A stretch of 63,436 bases of DNA, counting the filler, from Deltaproteobacteria bacterium (GTDB lineage Bacteria; JAUYMQ01): NCBI GenBank assembly GCA_030698575.1. It is 8 parts of 8 records of this genome, joined end to end, with 100 filler letters (N's around TTAATTAATTAA, not from the genome) between each part and the next. Parts side by side here need not be neighbours in the genome. Positions count along the whole stretch, not along the records: positions 1 to 2,896 come from JAUYMQ010000260.1; positions 2,997 to 6,051 come from JAUYMQ010000527.1; positions 6,152 to 12,370 come from JAUYMQ010000536.1; 5 more parts are not named here. The stretch is one strand, 5' to 3'. Made by a program: the position numbers and the translations under genes. Positions within the stretch are counted from its first letter, which is position 1. Every line of letters starts with the position of its first letter. The notes beneath the pieces were generated by a model, which saw only the letters and a list, made by a program, of their open reading frames with translations, did no database searches and was not told where the DNA came from. Shown here in pieces: positions 1-10,430 of this stretch.

Positions 1-1808
1 TCTTTCTCGAGATCCTTCTCGGGCTTCTGTCGCCGCTGCGGTTCGATGCCGTCGAGGAGATCGAGTTCATCGACCGGTGAGGTGAGCTCCTCGTCGGCTC
101 CGAGAGGCTCGAAGTCGATGTCGGCCACGTCAGTCTGGGACGCGGCCTGAGAGTCGGCGGCCTCCTTGAGGCCCGTAACGAGATCGTCCGACGCCTCGAC
201 GGGGGACGGCATCGGGGCCGCGGTCACGCCGTTTCGGCGCGTGGCCTGATTGGCCGACGCCCTCTGGATTTCATCTTCCGTCAGCCCCCCCGAGAGGCGG
301 ACGGTGGTCTCCTGGTGCTGCTGCGAATCGGGATCGTAGGCGGTCACGTTCACGATCCCCTCGGCGTTGATCTCGAAGGTCACATCAATCTTGACCTGCC
401 CGCGAACCGCTGCCTGAAGCCCCGAAAACTCGAACTCGCCGAGCAGCTCGTTTTCGGCGGCGAGGCGGCTCTCTCCCTGGTAGATGCGAATCTTCACTTG
501 CTGCTGGTTGTCCCGCAGTGTGGTGAAGGTCCGTGTCTGCTCGATAGGTATGGGTGTATTTCGCTCAATGATGGTCTCGGTCAGGCCGCCGGAGATGCCG
601 AGCCTGAGCGAAAGCGGGGTCACGTCGAGAAGAAACGTCTGCTGTGTCGTCGCGAGGAGCGACCCCGCGTGGATGGCCGCGCCGGTAGCCACCACCTCCT
701 CCGGATCGAGATGGCACTGAGGTTCCTTGCAGAAGAAAGTCTGCACCGCGTCGCGGATTACGGGGAGCCGGGTAGGGCCGCCCACCAGGATCACCGAATC
801 CAGATCGGCCGCCATCAGACCCGCGGCCTGTAGCGTTTCCTCGCAGACCTTGATCGTGCGCTCGATCAGGTCGCCGGTGATGCGAAAGAAATCCGAGCGA
901 GTGACCGTCCGCGTGATGCCTTTCTTCTCGCCGTCGACCTCCATCACATCCGGAATGTCGATCTGCGCGACGTCAACGCTGCTGAGCGTGATCTTGGCTC
1001 TCTCGGCAGCGCTCTTGAGCCGCTGGAGCGCCACCATGTCGCGGCGCGGATTGACGCCGTGCTCCGCCACAAATCCGTCAGCAAGGTGGTCGAGCAGGCG
1101 GTCGTCGAAATCGTCTCCCCCGAGGAACGTGTCGCCGGCGGTGGCGAGCACCTCGAAGATGTCCTCGCCGATTTCGAGAATCGATATGTCGAAGGTGCCC
1201 CCGCCGAGATCGTAGACGGCCACTTTCTTGGTCATGTCGTGGCCGAAGCCGTAAGCCAGGGCCGCCGCCGTGGGCTCGTTGATGATCCGAAGAACCTCGA
1301 TGCCCGCGATTCTCCCGGCGTCCTTGGTTGCCTGGCGCTGAATGTCGTTGAAGTAGGCCGGGACGGTGATCACCGCCTGCGTCACGGGCCGCCCGAGCCG
1401 CCGCTCGGCGATGGACTTCATCTCGCCGAGAATGAGCGCGCTGATCTCGGGCATGCTGTAGTCCACGCCTCGCACCTTCACGCGCGCGTCGCCGCTCGGC
1501 CCTTCCGTGATTTCGTAGGCGCAGACGGCCCTGGCCTTGCGCACCTCCTCGGAATTGAACAGCCGCCCGATCAGCCGCTTGGCCGAGAAGATCGTGTTCT
1601 TCGGATCCTCGGGGAGCAGTTCCTTCGCCGCGTGCCCGATCAGGGTTGCGCCGTCGGGCTTGAAGGAGACCACCGAGGGGGTGATGCGGCCGCTCCCATC
1701 GCTGAACAGCACCTCGGGCCGGCCGTCGATGCAGGCGCAGATACAGGAAGTGGTGGTCCCCAGGTCGATGCCGATGGCGATGGGGGCCTGGATGGGCGGA
1801 GTGCTCAT
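1..1808 (-). CDS. Hsp70/DnaK-family chaperone paralog, 3' end runs off the window (absent from the ORF track)
   Basis: Hand translation: [22 protein letters not shown]..., [74 protein letters not shown] upstream of ATG at 1808. Confidence 0.95.
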   Translation of the reverse strand, partial: MSTPPIQAPIAIGIDLGTTTSCICACIDGRPEVLFSDGSGRITPSVVSFKPDGATLIGHAAKELLPEDPKNTIFSAKRLIGRLFNSEEVRKARAVCAYEITEGPSGDARVKVRGVDYSMPEISALILGEMKSIAERRLGRPVTQAVITVPAYFNDIQRQATKDAGRIAGIEVLRIINEPTAAALAYGFGHDMTKKVAVYDLGGGTFDISILEIGEDIFEVLATAGDTFLGGDDFDDRLLDHLADGFVAEHGVNPRRDMVALQRLKSAAERAKITLSSVDVAQIDIPDVMEVDGEKKGITRTVTRSDFFRITGDLIERTIKVCEETLQAAGLMAADLDSVILVGGPTRLPVIRDAVQTFFCKEPQCHLDPEEVVATGAAIHAGSLLATTQQTFLLDVTPLSLRLGISGGLTETIIERNTPIPIEQTRTFTTLRDNQQQVKIRIYQGESRLAAENELLGEFEFSGLQAAVRGQVKIDVTFEINAEGIVNVTAYDPDSQQHQETTVRLSGGLTEDEIQRASANQATRRNGVTAAPMPSPVEASDDLVTGLKEAADSQAASQTDVADIDFEPLGADEELTSPVDELDLLDGIEPQRRQKPEKDLEK

Positions 1809-1937
1809 GGGAGTCTCCCTCGGGTCTCGCTGGATGCTCGTCGAACCTGGCGATTCATCGGCTGTCGGGGCAGGAAAATTGAGCCCAAAGGGCCTGGCGC
1901 GCCGGATGGGTTCCCCGGCCGGCGCCCAGGGGGTCCG

Positions 1938-2885
1938 CTAGGGGGTCCGGGGCGGGCCCGCAGGGCGTTCCGCCCTGTCCGGCTGCGGGGCCGCCAGTGG
2001 GGCAGGGGGCGGGGCGGCGCCGGCCACATCGAGGTAGAGAATCGTCCCCCCGACCACCCCCAGCGGGAGGAGCAGGAGGTTCAGTCCGGGGACGAGGAAC
2101 GTCAGGAAAAGCGATCCACCGAAGCCCGACATGACGGCCCGATGGCGCCACACCGTGCGGCGGCGTTCCGCAAAGGGGATGCGGCGCCGGGCCATCGGGT
2201 AGTCGGTGAATTCCAGCGCCACGAAAAGGGCCCCGAAGCCAAGCGACAACGTCGCGTAGGCAATCGTTCCCACCAGTGGCACCAGGTTCAGCGGCAGAAG
2301 CGCTGCCTGGATGAGCAGGAAGAACCCCATCTTTCGCGTCTCATCGGACAGCGCCCGCGCCATCTCGCCGAGGAGCGCGCGCCAGCCCCCCTCCGCCCCA
2401 GCTTCCTCAACGGAGCCGAGGCTCCTCTCCGTCGCCGCGCTCAGTAGCTTGTTGAATGGCGCGGCAATCACGTTTCCCACGAGTGTGAAGCTGATCCACA
2501 GGATCAGCACGGCGACCACCACGAGAACTGCCGCGATGAGCCATCGGACCATCGCCAGCAGCCAGTAGAGAGGCAGCCAGTACCAGGCTTCAGGGCGGGC
2601 GCTTTCGGTCCAGGCGGATGCGAGGTGCCAGAGATCGCCGAACCAGTAGACGAAGGCGGCGATGGCAAGCCCGAAAACGGCAAGGTTGATGAGGAACGGG
2701 AGCACCGCGTAGCGGAGGAGGGCCCGGTCGCCGCGAATCAGGCGAAAGGCGCGCCGCGTGTAGCCGATGCCTTCCAGGAACGCGGAGATGGGTTTGGCGG
2801 GTAGCGCGCGTCTTGTAGGTTCCACGGCCGGTTCGTCAGCGCGAGTAGCGGACGGCGTTGCGCTCCGCGTGCCGCGACAGCGCAA
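1938..2885 (-). CDS. EI24/CysZ-like membrane protein; true start uncertain near contig edge
   Basis: Multi-TM ORF with LVGNVIAAPFNKLLS and LEFTDYPMARR motifs typical of the EI24 domain. Confidence 0.8.
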   Translation of the reverse strand: MRCRGTRSATPSATRADEPAVEPTRRALPAKPISAFLEGIGYTRRAFRLIRGDRALLRYAVLPFLINLAVFGLAIAAFVYWFGDLWHLASAWTESARPEAWYWLPLYWLLAMVRWLIAAVLVVVAVLILWISFTLVGNVIAAPFNKLLSAATERSLGSVEEAGAEGGWRALLGEMARALSDETRKMGFFLLIQAALLPLNLVPLVGTIAYATLSLGFGALFVALEFTDYPMARRRIPFAERRRTVWRHRAVMSGFGGSLFLTFLVPGLNLLLLPLGVVGGTILYLDVAGAAPPPAPLAAPQPDRAERPAGPPRTP

Positions 2886-2896
2886 GGTCCACGAGG

Positions 2897-2996
2897 NNNN
2901 NNNNNNNNNNNNNNNNNNNNNNNNNNNNNNNNNNNNNNNNTTAATTAATTAANNNNNNNNNNNNNNNNNNNNNNNNNNNNNNNNNNNNNNNNNNNN
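2897..2996. other. Artificial contig spacer; identical spacers at 6052-6151, 12371-12470, 18748-18847, 23446-23545, 34503-34602, 37954-38053
   Basis: 100-bp N-run containing TTAATTAATTAA (stop codons in all six frames). Confidence 0.99.
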
Positions 2997-3100
2997 GCAC
3001 CGACCCGGGCGTGCCGCCTGCCTCCTGCGCTTCCCCCCCAGAATGCCCACGAGGTACGGGCGGCAAATCTGAACAGGATCCGGACTACAAGCTTCTCTCT

Positions 3101-3162
3101 CCCACTATGCTCCACCGGCTACCACTTTTGCCCACAATATTGGAGGGCCATTTCTCTGTCAA
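3101..3162 (-). promoter_or_regulatory. Sigma70 promoter with four MraZ-type GTGG boxes (probable mraZ/dcw promoter; target gene beyond the contig edge)
   Basis: Minus strand TTGACA (3162-3157), 17 bp, TATTGT (3139-3134); GTGGG/GTGGT/GTGGA/GTGGG at exact 10-bp period (3131, 3121, 3111, 3101). Confidence 0.75.
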
Positions 3163-3402
3163 GAAAATTTTTAGGGTCCTCGACTTATTTTTTTCGAGGC
3201 CGGGGGCCTCAATATCTAGTGGTCTACGGCCTACACGTACGAGATGTTGGGGCAGGCTTAAGAGGCGGTGGCTGGAGCGGTGCGGAGGGTGCTCCAAGGG
3301 AGGCCGACGTGACGCGCCGGGGTATCTGAAAACATAAGTTAATTCAATAGCTTAAGTGGTGAATAACCACGGGGAGAAAGTGGGGAGAGCCATGGCCGGG
3401 GC

Positions 3403-4953
3403 TCAGCCGGCCTCGTAACCCGTGACCCTGTTTCGGCCGCCGGACTTGGCCTGGAAAAGCGCCTGGTCGGCCATCTTGATCAGTTCCTCCGTGCGCACCG
3501 CGCTCTGCGGCAGCCGTGCGGCGGCGCCGATCGAGAGCGTGAGGGAAACCGCCGTGTCCTTTGCGAGAAAGGGATGCTTCTCGACGGCCTTGCGCAACCT
3601 TTCGCTGACTTCGGTGGCTTCCGCAAGGCCAGTGTCAGGCAGAATGATGGCGAACTCATCACCGCCGTAGCGCGCGGCGACATCGACTTCGCGCAGCGAC
3701 GCGCGAAGAACATGGCCAATTCGTTTCAGCACCTGATCGCCCGACTGGTGTCCGTGGGTGTCGTTGATCCGCTTGAAGTCGTCCACGTCGATCATGAGCA
3801 GCGAGAGAGTCTGTCCGAATCGATCCGATCGCTTGAACTCCTCGAGAATTCGCTCCTGGAAGAATCGATGGTTGTATAGCTGCGTCAGGCCGTCGGTTCG
3901 TGACAGCCTTTCAGTCGTTTCATAGAGCCGCGCGTTTTCCACCGCGATGCCCGCCTGCCCGGAGAGGAGCCGGATGGTGTTCAGCTCATCCGGTGCGAGC
4001 AAGCGCCCCGGCGAAGGAAATTCCGCGACGAGGATTCCGAGAAGCCTCGCCTTGGTCCCGATCGGGACGTACACTATTCGCCCTTCCTGGGCCGGCGCCT
4101 GTTCATCCATTCGTAACCGCAGCGCGATGAGTTGCTGCGCGTCCTCTCCTGCGCCGGCCACGTTTTCGGGAACCTTCCTGGCGCAGTACAGATCGCCGTC
4201 CTGGTTCATAAGGTAGAGCGCGACTCGCTCGATTCCGAAGGCCCGGCCGAGCCCGTTCACAATGGTCTCTGCGACGCGCTCGGTGGAGAGCGTGTCGGCG
4301 AGCGGGCGGCCTATTTCGTAGAGCACATTCAGGTTCGCGTTCGCGCGCTCCAGCGCTTCTTCGCGCGATCGGAGCTTGACCGCCAGCTGGGCGCTCGAAT
4401 AGAGAACAGGAATCAGGAAAGCGAAGAGGGTGCCAATCGCGATTGCGCGGTAGCGAGCATCGGCGAGCGGGCTGCTCGATCCTTCGGCCCCCGTGGTGAG
4501 CGGGGCTGGTGCTGGAAGGCCGAAAGCCTCGGGTATCGCGACTGCGTAGAGCGACAGCCCGGCCAGCAGAAGCAGCGCCGTTCCGAAGCCGGCATTGACG
4601 TGCCTGGCCGCTCCGAGCACCACGACGAAGTAGAGCGGGAGCAGCACTGACTGGGTTCCGCCGGTGTCGTGGACGAGCAGCGTGCAGACGGCCACATCGA
4701 GGAGTCCCGAGATCCAGGCGACCTGGAGAAGCCGGCGATCGCGCCGGTACAGAGCGCTGGCAAGCCGGTTCCAAAGGAAGAGCACGGCGACCCCGCCGAG
4801 AAAGGCGGGCGTGAAGGTGACGAACTCGAGCTGGATCAGAAGGACGTAGATCGCGGTCGAGACCGCAATCAGAAGGTCCCGGTACTGGACGCTGGTCTCC
4901 AGTTTTTGCCGGCGCTCGAGTCCGGGCGCGGGGAACTCTCCGAATGGGTTCAT
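3403..4953 (-). CDS. Membrane-bound GAF-GGDEF diguanylate cyclase
   Basis: N-terminal TM helices, GAF region, DGLTQLYN, RYGGDEF active site, RxxD I-site (REVD); start moved to MNPFG. Confidence 0.92.
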   Translation of the reverse strand: MNPFGEFPAPGLERRQKLETSVQYRDLLIAVSTAIYVLLIQLEFVTFTPAFLGGVAVLFLWNRLASALYRRDRRLLQVAWISGLLDVAVCTLLVHDTGGTQSVLLPLYFVVVLGAARHVNAGFGTALLLLAGLSLYAVAIPEAFGLPAPAPLTTGAEGSSSPLADARYRAIAIGTLFAFLIPVLYSSAQLAVKLRSREEALERANANLNVLYEIGRPLADTLSTERVAETIVNGLGRAFGIERVALYLMNQDGDLYCARKVPENVAGAGEDAQQLIALRLRMDEQAPAQEGRIVYVPIGTKARLLGILVAEFPSPGRLLAPDELNTIRLLSGQAGIAVENARLYETTERLSRTDGLTQLYNHRFFQERILEEFKRSDRFGQTLSLLMIDVDDFKRINDTHGHQSGDQVLKRIGHVLRASLREVDVAARYGGDEFAIILPDTGLAEATEVSERLRKAVEKHPFLAKDTAVSLTLSIGAAARLPQSAVRTEELIKMADQALFQAKSGGRNRVTGYEAG

Positions 4954-4972
4954 GTGCGCCCTCGGCCCTCCT

Positions 4973-6025
4973 CTAATCGAGTGACTTCCAATACTGCCGT
5001 TGAGTTTTCCGCACGTACTCCGCGAGCTCCTGGCCAAGAGGGGTCTCGGCGGGCGTCGGGGGCACGCCCCCGACGGGTGCACCGCCGTCCTCGAGCAGGA
5101 CTTCCATGACTGCCGCGACGGACTCGGTGAGCCCTTCCTGGGAGTAGCCCCCCTCGAGAGCGAGGACGAGCTTTCCGTCGGCGCTATCACGCGCGACGCC
5201 CTTCACGATGCGCGCGAGCGCGGCGAAGCCTTCCGCTGTCACGCTCATGCCGCCGAGCGGGTCGAGCTCATGAGCGTCAAAACCCGCCGACACGAGCACG
5301 ATCTGGGGCGCGTAGCTCTCGGCGATGGGCTCCAGCAGTCGCCGGAAGGCGGGAACAATTTCGCCGTCGCCCATGCCGCCGCGCATGGGGATGTTGATAG
5401 TGTAGCCGCGGCCCTCGCCCCGGCCGACCTCTTCGACCGCGCCGGTTCCCGGATAGAATGGATAGCGATGGCTCGAGAAGTAGAGGGTTTCCGGGGTGGC
5501 ATAGAAGCTCGCCTGCGTTCCATTGCCGTGGTGGACGTCCCAGTCGATGGCGAGCACGCGTTCGAGGCCGTACTTTTTCCTGGCGTATGCCGCCGCGATC
5601 GCCACGTTGTTGAACAGGCAGAAGCCCATGGACCGGGCCGCTTCCGCGTGGTGCCCGGGCGGTCTCACCAGAGCGAAGCCGTTCTCGATCTCACCGGACT
5701 GGACGAGGTCGAGCAGCTCCAGCACGCCGCCGGCGGCGAGGAGGGCGATCTCGTAGCTCCGGGCGCATGCGTAAGTGTCGGGATCGATCTGGGTGTTGTT
5801 CCGCGTCGCGGTCTGCTTCACGCTCTCGAGCAGCTGCTCGCCGTGGTTGAGCAGGATCTCCTCGGGGGTGGCGGCGCGAGGGGGGACCCTGCGGGTGCGG
5901 CCAAGGAGGCCGGTCGCTTCCAGGCCGGCGTGCACCGCATCGAGCCGATCGGGATTCTCCGGATGCGCGTGGGGCGGCCTGTGTTCGAGATAGCGCGGGT
6001 CGAGGACGACCCCGGTTCCGGCCAT
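4973..6025 (-). CDS. Zn-dependent histone deacetylase family protein (AcuC/HDAC-like)
   Basis: HPENPDR, RPPGHHA, GFCLFNN, DWDVHHGNGTQ, SAGFDAH, LEGGY motifs. Confidence 0.95.
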   Translation of the reverse strand: MAGTGVVLDPRYLEHRPPHAHPENPDRLDAVHAGLEATGLLGRTRRVPPRAATPEEILLNHGEQLLESVKQTATRNNTQIDPDTYACARSYEIALLAAGGVLELLDLVQSGEIENGFALVRPPGHHAEAARSMGFCLFNNVAIAAAYARKKYGLERVLAIDWDVHHGNGTQASFYATPETLYFSSHRYPFYPGTGAVEEVGRGEGRGYTINIPMRGGMGDGEIVPAFRRLLEPIAESYAPQIVLVSAGFDAHELDPLGGMSVTAEGFAALARIVKGVARDSADGKLVLALEGGYSQEGLTESVAAVMEVLLEDGGAPVGGVPPTPAETPLGQELAEYVRKTQRQYWKSLD

Positions 6026-6425
6026 GAAACCATCTCCCTGCGCGGTCGGCCNNNNNNNNNNNNNNNNNNNNNNNNNNNNNNNNNNNNNNNNNNNNTTAAT
6101 TAATTAANNNNNNNNNNNNNNNNNNNNNNNNNNNNNNNNNNNNNNNNNNNNGTCCTCGGCGAGCGGCTGCCCCTACCGTTAATCACATCCGAACCGAGAT
6201 CATTGAAGACTTTCCCATCCGGCGAGGGCTCGCGCAACCAGTACACCGACGCCTGAGACGCCGCCTCCTTGACCCGCGCCGGCCACTTGAGCGAGCTGCG
6301 CGCCCGGCGATCTTCGGCTCCAAAGCCTTTGCCCTAGGCGTTTGCTGCTCCCGGTAAGAAAGAGATTCTTCTCATGAGGAGGAAATCGCCCCTCTACGAA
6401 CGCAGGGCAATCAATCCAGCGGCTC

Positions 6426-7922
6426 TTAATAGTCGGATGCCAACCGCCGCGGATTCTGCCCAAACATTCCGAACGAAAACTGTCCCCCGGGGTGCAGCCC
6501 CATCGCTCCCTCGACCATCGTCTCGAGCGCGTCGAAGAGGTCGTCGTGCTCGCCCTGCGGGAAGAGCAGGAGTTCGTTGACCAAGGCCTCGTAGAAGGGC
6601 CATTCCCTCTCCCGAACAAGTTTTCTCGACGGAAGATGGATCTGGCCATTCTCGAAGTGGGACTGAAGCCAGTACGCGCGGGAGACCTTGTCCTTTGTCC
6701 GTGTGATCCCCTTGACCGACATGTGCCGCCTCAGATCCTGGATCAAGTACTCCTGCGCTCCCGTCGACTCGACCAGGATCTGGGCGGAGGGGATTAGCGT
6801 GTGGATCTCCATCAATTTGTTCACGTACTCCTGCTTCGTCACCCGCCCCCGCCATACATGCGTCACGTAGACCGGGCCTACTTGGTTTCCCTCGAAATCA
6901 CGTTCACGGCCGCCGACGACTATGGCCCAGTAGTCCGTTTCGATCTTGCCGCCCCGAATGAGCGCCTCCTCCCGGGTGGCCGCCGGATCGCAGCCCACAA
7001 ACATGTCGGCGATTGGGAAGAAGACCTTTTCCTGATAAAACTGGATCCATTCCTCTCTGAAGATCGACCCCTTCATCTCGCTCGCGTCATTCTGGTACTG
7101 GGCGTTGAACAAGGCCGTTCCCATTTTCCGCCGCCGCCCCTCGAGCCATACAAGTGGGAACTTCTCGGGCCAGGGGGTCGAGCCGTCACGTTCGATGGCC
7201 CGGATGATCTGATGCTTGTCGATGTACGTGTTCGCGATCAGCTTTCCGTAGAGATCGAGGTAGTGATACCGGGTACCCACCACATAGAGCCGGCCGCTGG
7301 GCTCGAGACAGGGCAGCAGGCTCTTGTGAAACCATTCATCCAACCGCGCCCGCTGCCCCTCGGTCCGCGCGCTCTCCTCGTCCACCAGGTCGTCGGCGAT
7401 GATGACGTCGTAGTGGCCGGAGATGACCGGGCCGCCGAGCCCGACGGCGGTCACGCTGGCCTCCTTGGCCAGGCGCTTCCGCGGCGCCACCCAGATGGCG
7501 CGGCTATCCCATTTCTTCTGGGAGTAGAAATCGCCGAAGTAGGCCTTCAATTGGGCGTTGTACTGAAGCTGGAGCTTGATCTCCCGGAGAAAGTTCTCGG
7601 CCTGATTCTGCGTGTTTGAAACGATGAGGACTCGCACGTCTGGGTCCCGTACTAGCTCAAAGATAGTCCGCGTGATTGTCAGGAGCGTCGACTTCCCGAA
7701 GCCGCGGGGAGCGAGCTGGAGGCAGGTCTCCCGGGCCTTCTGCTGGAAGGCAAGCATCTCGGCGTGAAAGGGACGGATCTCGTAGCCCAGGACGTGGGAG
7801 GCTAGCAGATCGATGCCGCCGTCCTCCACGATCCTCCGGCGAACCAGTTCTTGCCGGTGGGCACGGATCCGGGCCAGGGTGGTCGCGATTTCCTCCTGAT
7901 CGCCGTTGCTCTTGCGGGGCAT
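6426..7922 (-). CDS. terL: Phage terminase large subunit (ATPase plus RNase H-like nuclease)
   Basis: Walker A APRGFGKS, Walker B VIIADD, VVGTR coupling motif, FNAQYQN, nuclease GCDPA and HDDLFDA. Confidence 0.9.
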   Translation of the reverse strand: MPRKSNGDQEEIATTLARIRAHRQELVRRRIVEDGGIDLLASHVLGYEIRPFHAEMLAFQQKARETCLQLAPRGFGKSTLLTITRTIFELVRDPDVRVLIVSNTQNQAENFLREIKLQLQYNAQLKAYFGDFYSQKKWDSRAIWVAPRKRLAKEASVTAVGLGGPVISGHYDVIIADDLVDEESARTEGQRARLDEWFHKSLLPCLEPSGRLYVVGTRYHYLDLYGKLIANTYIDKHQIIRAIERDGSTPWPEKFPLVWLEGRRRKMGTALFNAQYQNDASEMKGSIFREEWIQFYQEKVFFPIADMFVGCDPAATREEALIRGGKIETDYWAIVVGGRERDFEGNQVGPVYVTHVWRGRVTKQEYVNKLMEIHTLIPSAQILVESTGAQEYLIQDLRRHMSVKGITRTKDKVSRAYWLQSHFENGQIHLPSRKLVREREWPFYEALVNELLLFPQGEHDDLFDALETMVEGAMGLHPGGQFSFGMFGQNPRRLASDY

Positions 7923-7982
7923 GACAAGTTCCCTCTTTGAACGTCATCGGAGCACGGGGGTAACCCCAGCATCGAGCCCCCG

Positions 7983-8537
7983 TTAGCTCGTTTCTGGTTC
8001 CGGGGTGCCCTTCCCCTTCCCTGGCTCGGCGGTTTTCGGTAAGGCCTTCCTGCCCTGCTTGCCGGTGAGGCCCAGCCTTCGGAGGAGTTTCACCTCGTCG
8101 GCCAGCATCGCTTCGAGTTCTTCCCTGCTCCTGCCCGAAAGGTCGCCCACCACGTGTTCCGTGCGGGAGTCCGGCTCGTTCATGAGGAACCGTTCCAGGC
8201 GGATGAGCCGGTCGATGTCGGCGACCGTGAAACCGACCTGGCCCTCCGCGATCGCCTTGGCCGCACGGAAAAGGGCCATCCGAACCAGCTGGATCTGCTG
8301 CCGGGTGGCCTCCCTCTCTCCGCTGAACGTCCGATCGGCCGCTGCCCGGGCGACGTCCAGATCCCGTTCCTGGACACGGGCCTGCCACCCAAACCGCCGG
8401 CCCCAGAGTTTCACTGTCGGGAGGGAGACCCCGATATCCTTCGCCACGGCGGCGTAGCGCCGGCCCGGACCAAGCGCGTAGTAGGCCTCGAAGGCTCGTT
8501 TGTGTTTCGCGTTTTCCTCACGGAGCGCGTGGGTCAT
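7983..8537 (-). CDS. Putative terminase small subunit (N-terminal HTH)
   Basis: HTH-like YAAVAKDIGVSLPTVKLWGRRFGWQAR followed by helical region; directly upstream of terL. Confidence 0.65.
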   Translation of the reverse strand: MTHALREENAKHKRAFEAYYALGPGRRYAAVAKDIGVSLPTVKLWGRRFGWQARVQERDLDVARAAADRTFSGEREATRQQIQLVRMALFRAAKAIAEGQVGFTVADIDRLIRLERFLMNEPDSRTEHVVGDLSGRSREELEAMLADEVKLLRRLGLTGKQGRKALPKTAEPGKGKGTPEPETS

Positions 8538-9165
8538 GCTTAACCCCTGCTTTCAGGTAGGCGCGGCAAATGACCAGGAGAGCCGCGCCACGGCCCGTTC
8601 CTGGGCCGCCCGATGCCTGGCCCTTGGCGATGGCCTCCTCGATGGGCCCGGTCTCCTGGACCACGAAGGATAGGATCTTGGGGCGCTCCCGCTCGGCGCG
8701 CTCGATCTCCTCATCGAGGTAGGCCTGGAGCCCGTCCGGGACCTTCAGAAGCTCGAGGACCTCCCGCAGATCAGTTTGGGAGTAGGGCAGCTGCGTGGAC
8801 AGATCCTCGAGGGAGAGCTCGCGGTTCAGGTCGTGGATGAGGGCTGCCAGGAGATCGGGGGCGGGCTGTCCCTTCAGCTCGTTCAGGTTGAGCGAGAGAA
8901 CCTTGGCACGGCGATCGTCCAACTCGACGACGACGCACGGAACGGTCGTGTAGCCCAGCTCCTCCCGGCAGATCTTCCAGCGGTGGTAGCCGCCGAGAAT
9001 CTCGTAGTTGTCTCCCTTTGGGCGCACGACGAGCGGCTCGACGAGGCCCTCCCGGCGGAGATATTCCCGGAGTTTGTGCTGCAGCTCCTCGGAAAGCCGG
9101 TTGGGATTCCAGGGATTGGGTTCGAGTTTTTCGATCGGTATCTGGAGGATCTCAAGGTTCTTCAT
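8518..9165 (-). CDS. ParB/Srx N-terminal domain protein
   Basis: LEPNPWNPN, GLVEPLVVR, YEILGGYHRW, VPCVVV motifs; overlaps both neighbours. Confidence 0.88.
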   Translation of the reverse strand: MKNLEILQIPIEKLEPNPWNPNRLSEELQHKLREYLRREGLVEPLVVRPKGDNYEILGGYHRWKICREELGYTTVPCVVVELDDRRAKVLSLNLNELKGQPAPDLLAALIHDLNRELSLEDLSTQLPYSQTDLREVLELLKVPDGLQAYLDEEIERAERERPKILSFVVQETGPIEEAIAKGQASGGPGTGRGAALLVICRAYLKAGVKHDPRAP

Positions 9166-10193
9166 CGATCCTGCCTCCTGGCAAAGACGAGAAGTTCGCG
9201 GTTTCGGTCACGGTGTTCCCTGCCGGCCAGGCCGGCGCAGTGCGCGTAGCGGATGGCCTCGGCGTGCTGGACCGGGCGGAACTTTTCGACAAGCCGAACC
9301 AGGTCATCGAGCGAGGTCTCCCGGTTGCCATAGGATATGGCCCACACCGGGAAGTGCTCCGCCTGGTCGAGGAGAGCCGCGAGGGCCTGCAGACCGTCCT
9401 TGCGGGAAAACCTGCTGCGCTCGGTCTCGAGCCGTCGGCCCGCCAGGATCTCGTCGAGGGGCCGGAGGGCCGTCTCGTAGGCCTGCGTGCCCGCGTACGG
9501 GGGATCCAGGTAAAGGATGTCGCCTGCGGTCTTCTGGATGAATTCCAGAGCATCGGTCTGGTGAACCTGGTTCTGCTGGCCGTTCCCGAAGATCCCGCGG
9601 TTGACCTGCCGGCGGATGGCATCCACGAGAGCCTTGGGATGCCCATCGATGGTCCGTGCCAGGACATCGCGGATGTAGTGGGGGTTCATTCCCTCCCAGG
9701 CGCCCACCTCCATTTGATGCACGATGGTCTTCGCCCCGAAATTCCCGCCGGGACGGTTTCGCAGGACATATTTGAGTAGGAGGAGAAAGAAGAGCCATCG
9801 CTTCGGGCCCCGGGCGGCCCGGGCGACGACCAGCGCGTTGTCGAGGAACGCCGCGTGCTTGGTCGTCAAGACATCGGGGGCGAAATTGTCCCGGATGAAG
9901 CGTCCTGCGTCCGGGTGGGGCACGAAGAACCGGAGCGTGTCTGCCTCGGTCAGCGTCACGCGGTCGTTCTCGATCAGCGCCCGCCCGACGATGACGGAGC
10001 GCTCAGCAAGATCGCTGCAGATGACTCGGTGGCCCCGGGCCTTCGCCATGAGCGAGACGGCGCCGCCGCCAAGGAACGGATCCACGAATACGGGTGCTTC
10101 CGCCGCTCCCGGTAAGTGCCGGAAGATCCGGCCGAGCAGGCGGCGCTTGCCGCCAGGGTAGGGTGGAAGGGCATGGAGCCTGGAACAGCGCAT
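9162..10193 (-). CDS. DNA adenine methyltransferase (Dam/D12 class), no cognate nuclease seen
   Basis: PYPGGKRRL, DPFLGGGAVS (motif I), YLDPPY (motif IV); GGGAG RBS before ATG at 10193. Confidence 0.88.
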   Translation of the reverse strand: MRCSRLHALPPYPGGKRRLLGRIFRHLPGAAEAPVFVDPFLGGGAVSLMAKARGHRVICSDLAERSVIVGRALIENDRVTLTEADTLRFFVPHPDAGRFIRDNFAPDVLTTKHAAFLDNALVVARAARGPKRWLFFLLLLKYVLRNRPGGNFGAKTIVHQMEVGAWEGMNPHYIRDVLARTIDGHPKALVDAIRRQVNRGIFGNGQQNQVHQTDALEFIQKTAGDILYLDPPYAGTQAYETALRPLDEILAGRRLETERSRFSRKDGLQALAALLDQAEHFPVWAISYGNRETSLDDLVRLVEKFRPVQHAEAIRYAHCAGLAGREHRDRNRELLVFARRQDR

Positions 10194-10430
10194 GTGGAAC
10201 TCCCGTAAGCAAGTGGCCTCGGCGATGGCCACTCCGTGCAGGCCATCGCTGCTCTCAAGCCGCTGCTGGTTATTGATCGCGAAATTTCCTGGAAATCTGG
10301 GCTGCGGACGTTCGGACAGGTGGGGTTAAGAGAAAAACTCGAGCTTGATCAGGAAGTTAAAGCACTCTTGGGCAAAAGAAGAAGATTTACTTTCTTCCCC
10401 TGTGAAGCACTGAAAATTCCACCCTGTTGC

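Noticed and set aside
315..2447. Long plus-strand ORFs (315-833, 1059-2447) resembling entries annotated as NAD-specific glutamate dehydrogenase
   Set aside because: Known antisense shadow of hsp70 genes; the real gene is on the minus strand.
9162..10193. Restriction-modification system
   Set aside because: No restriction endonuclease is adjacent; context is phage-like.
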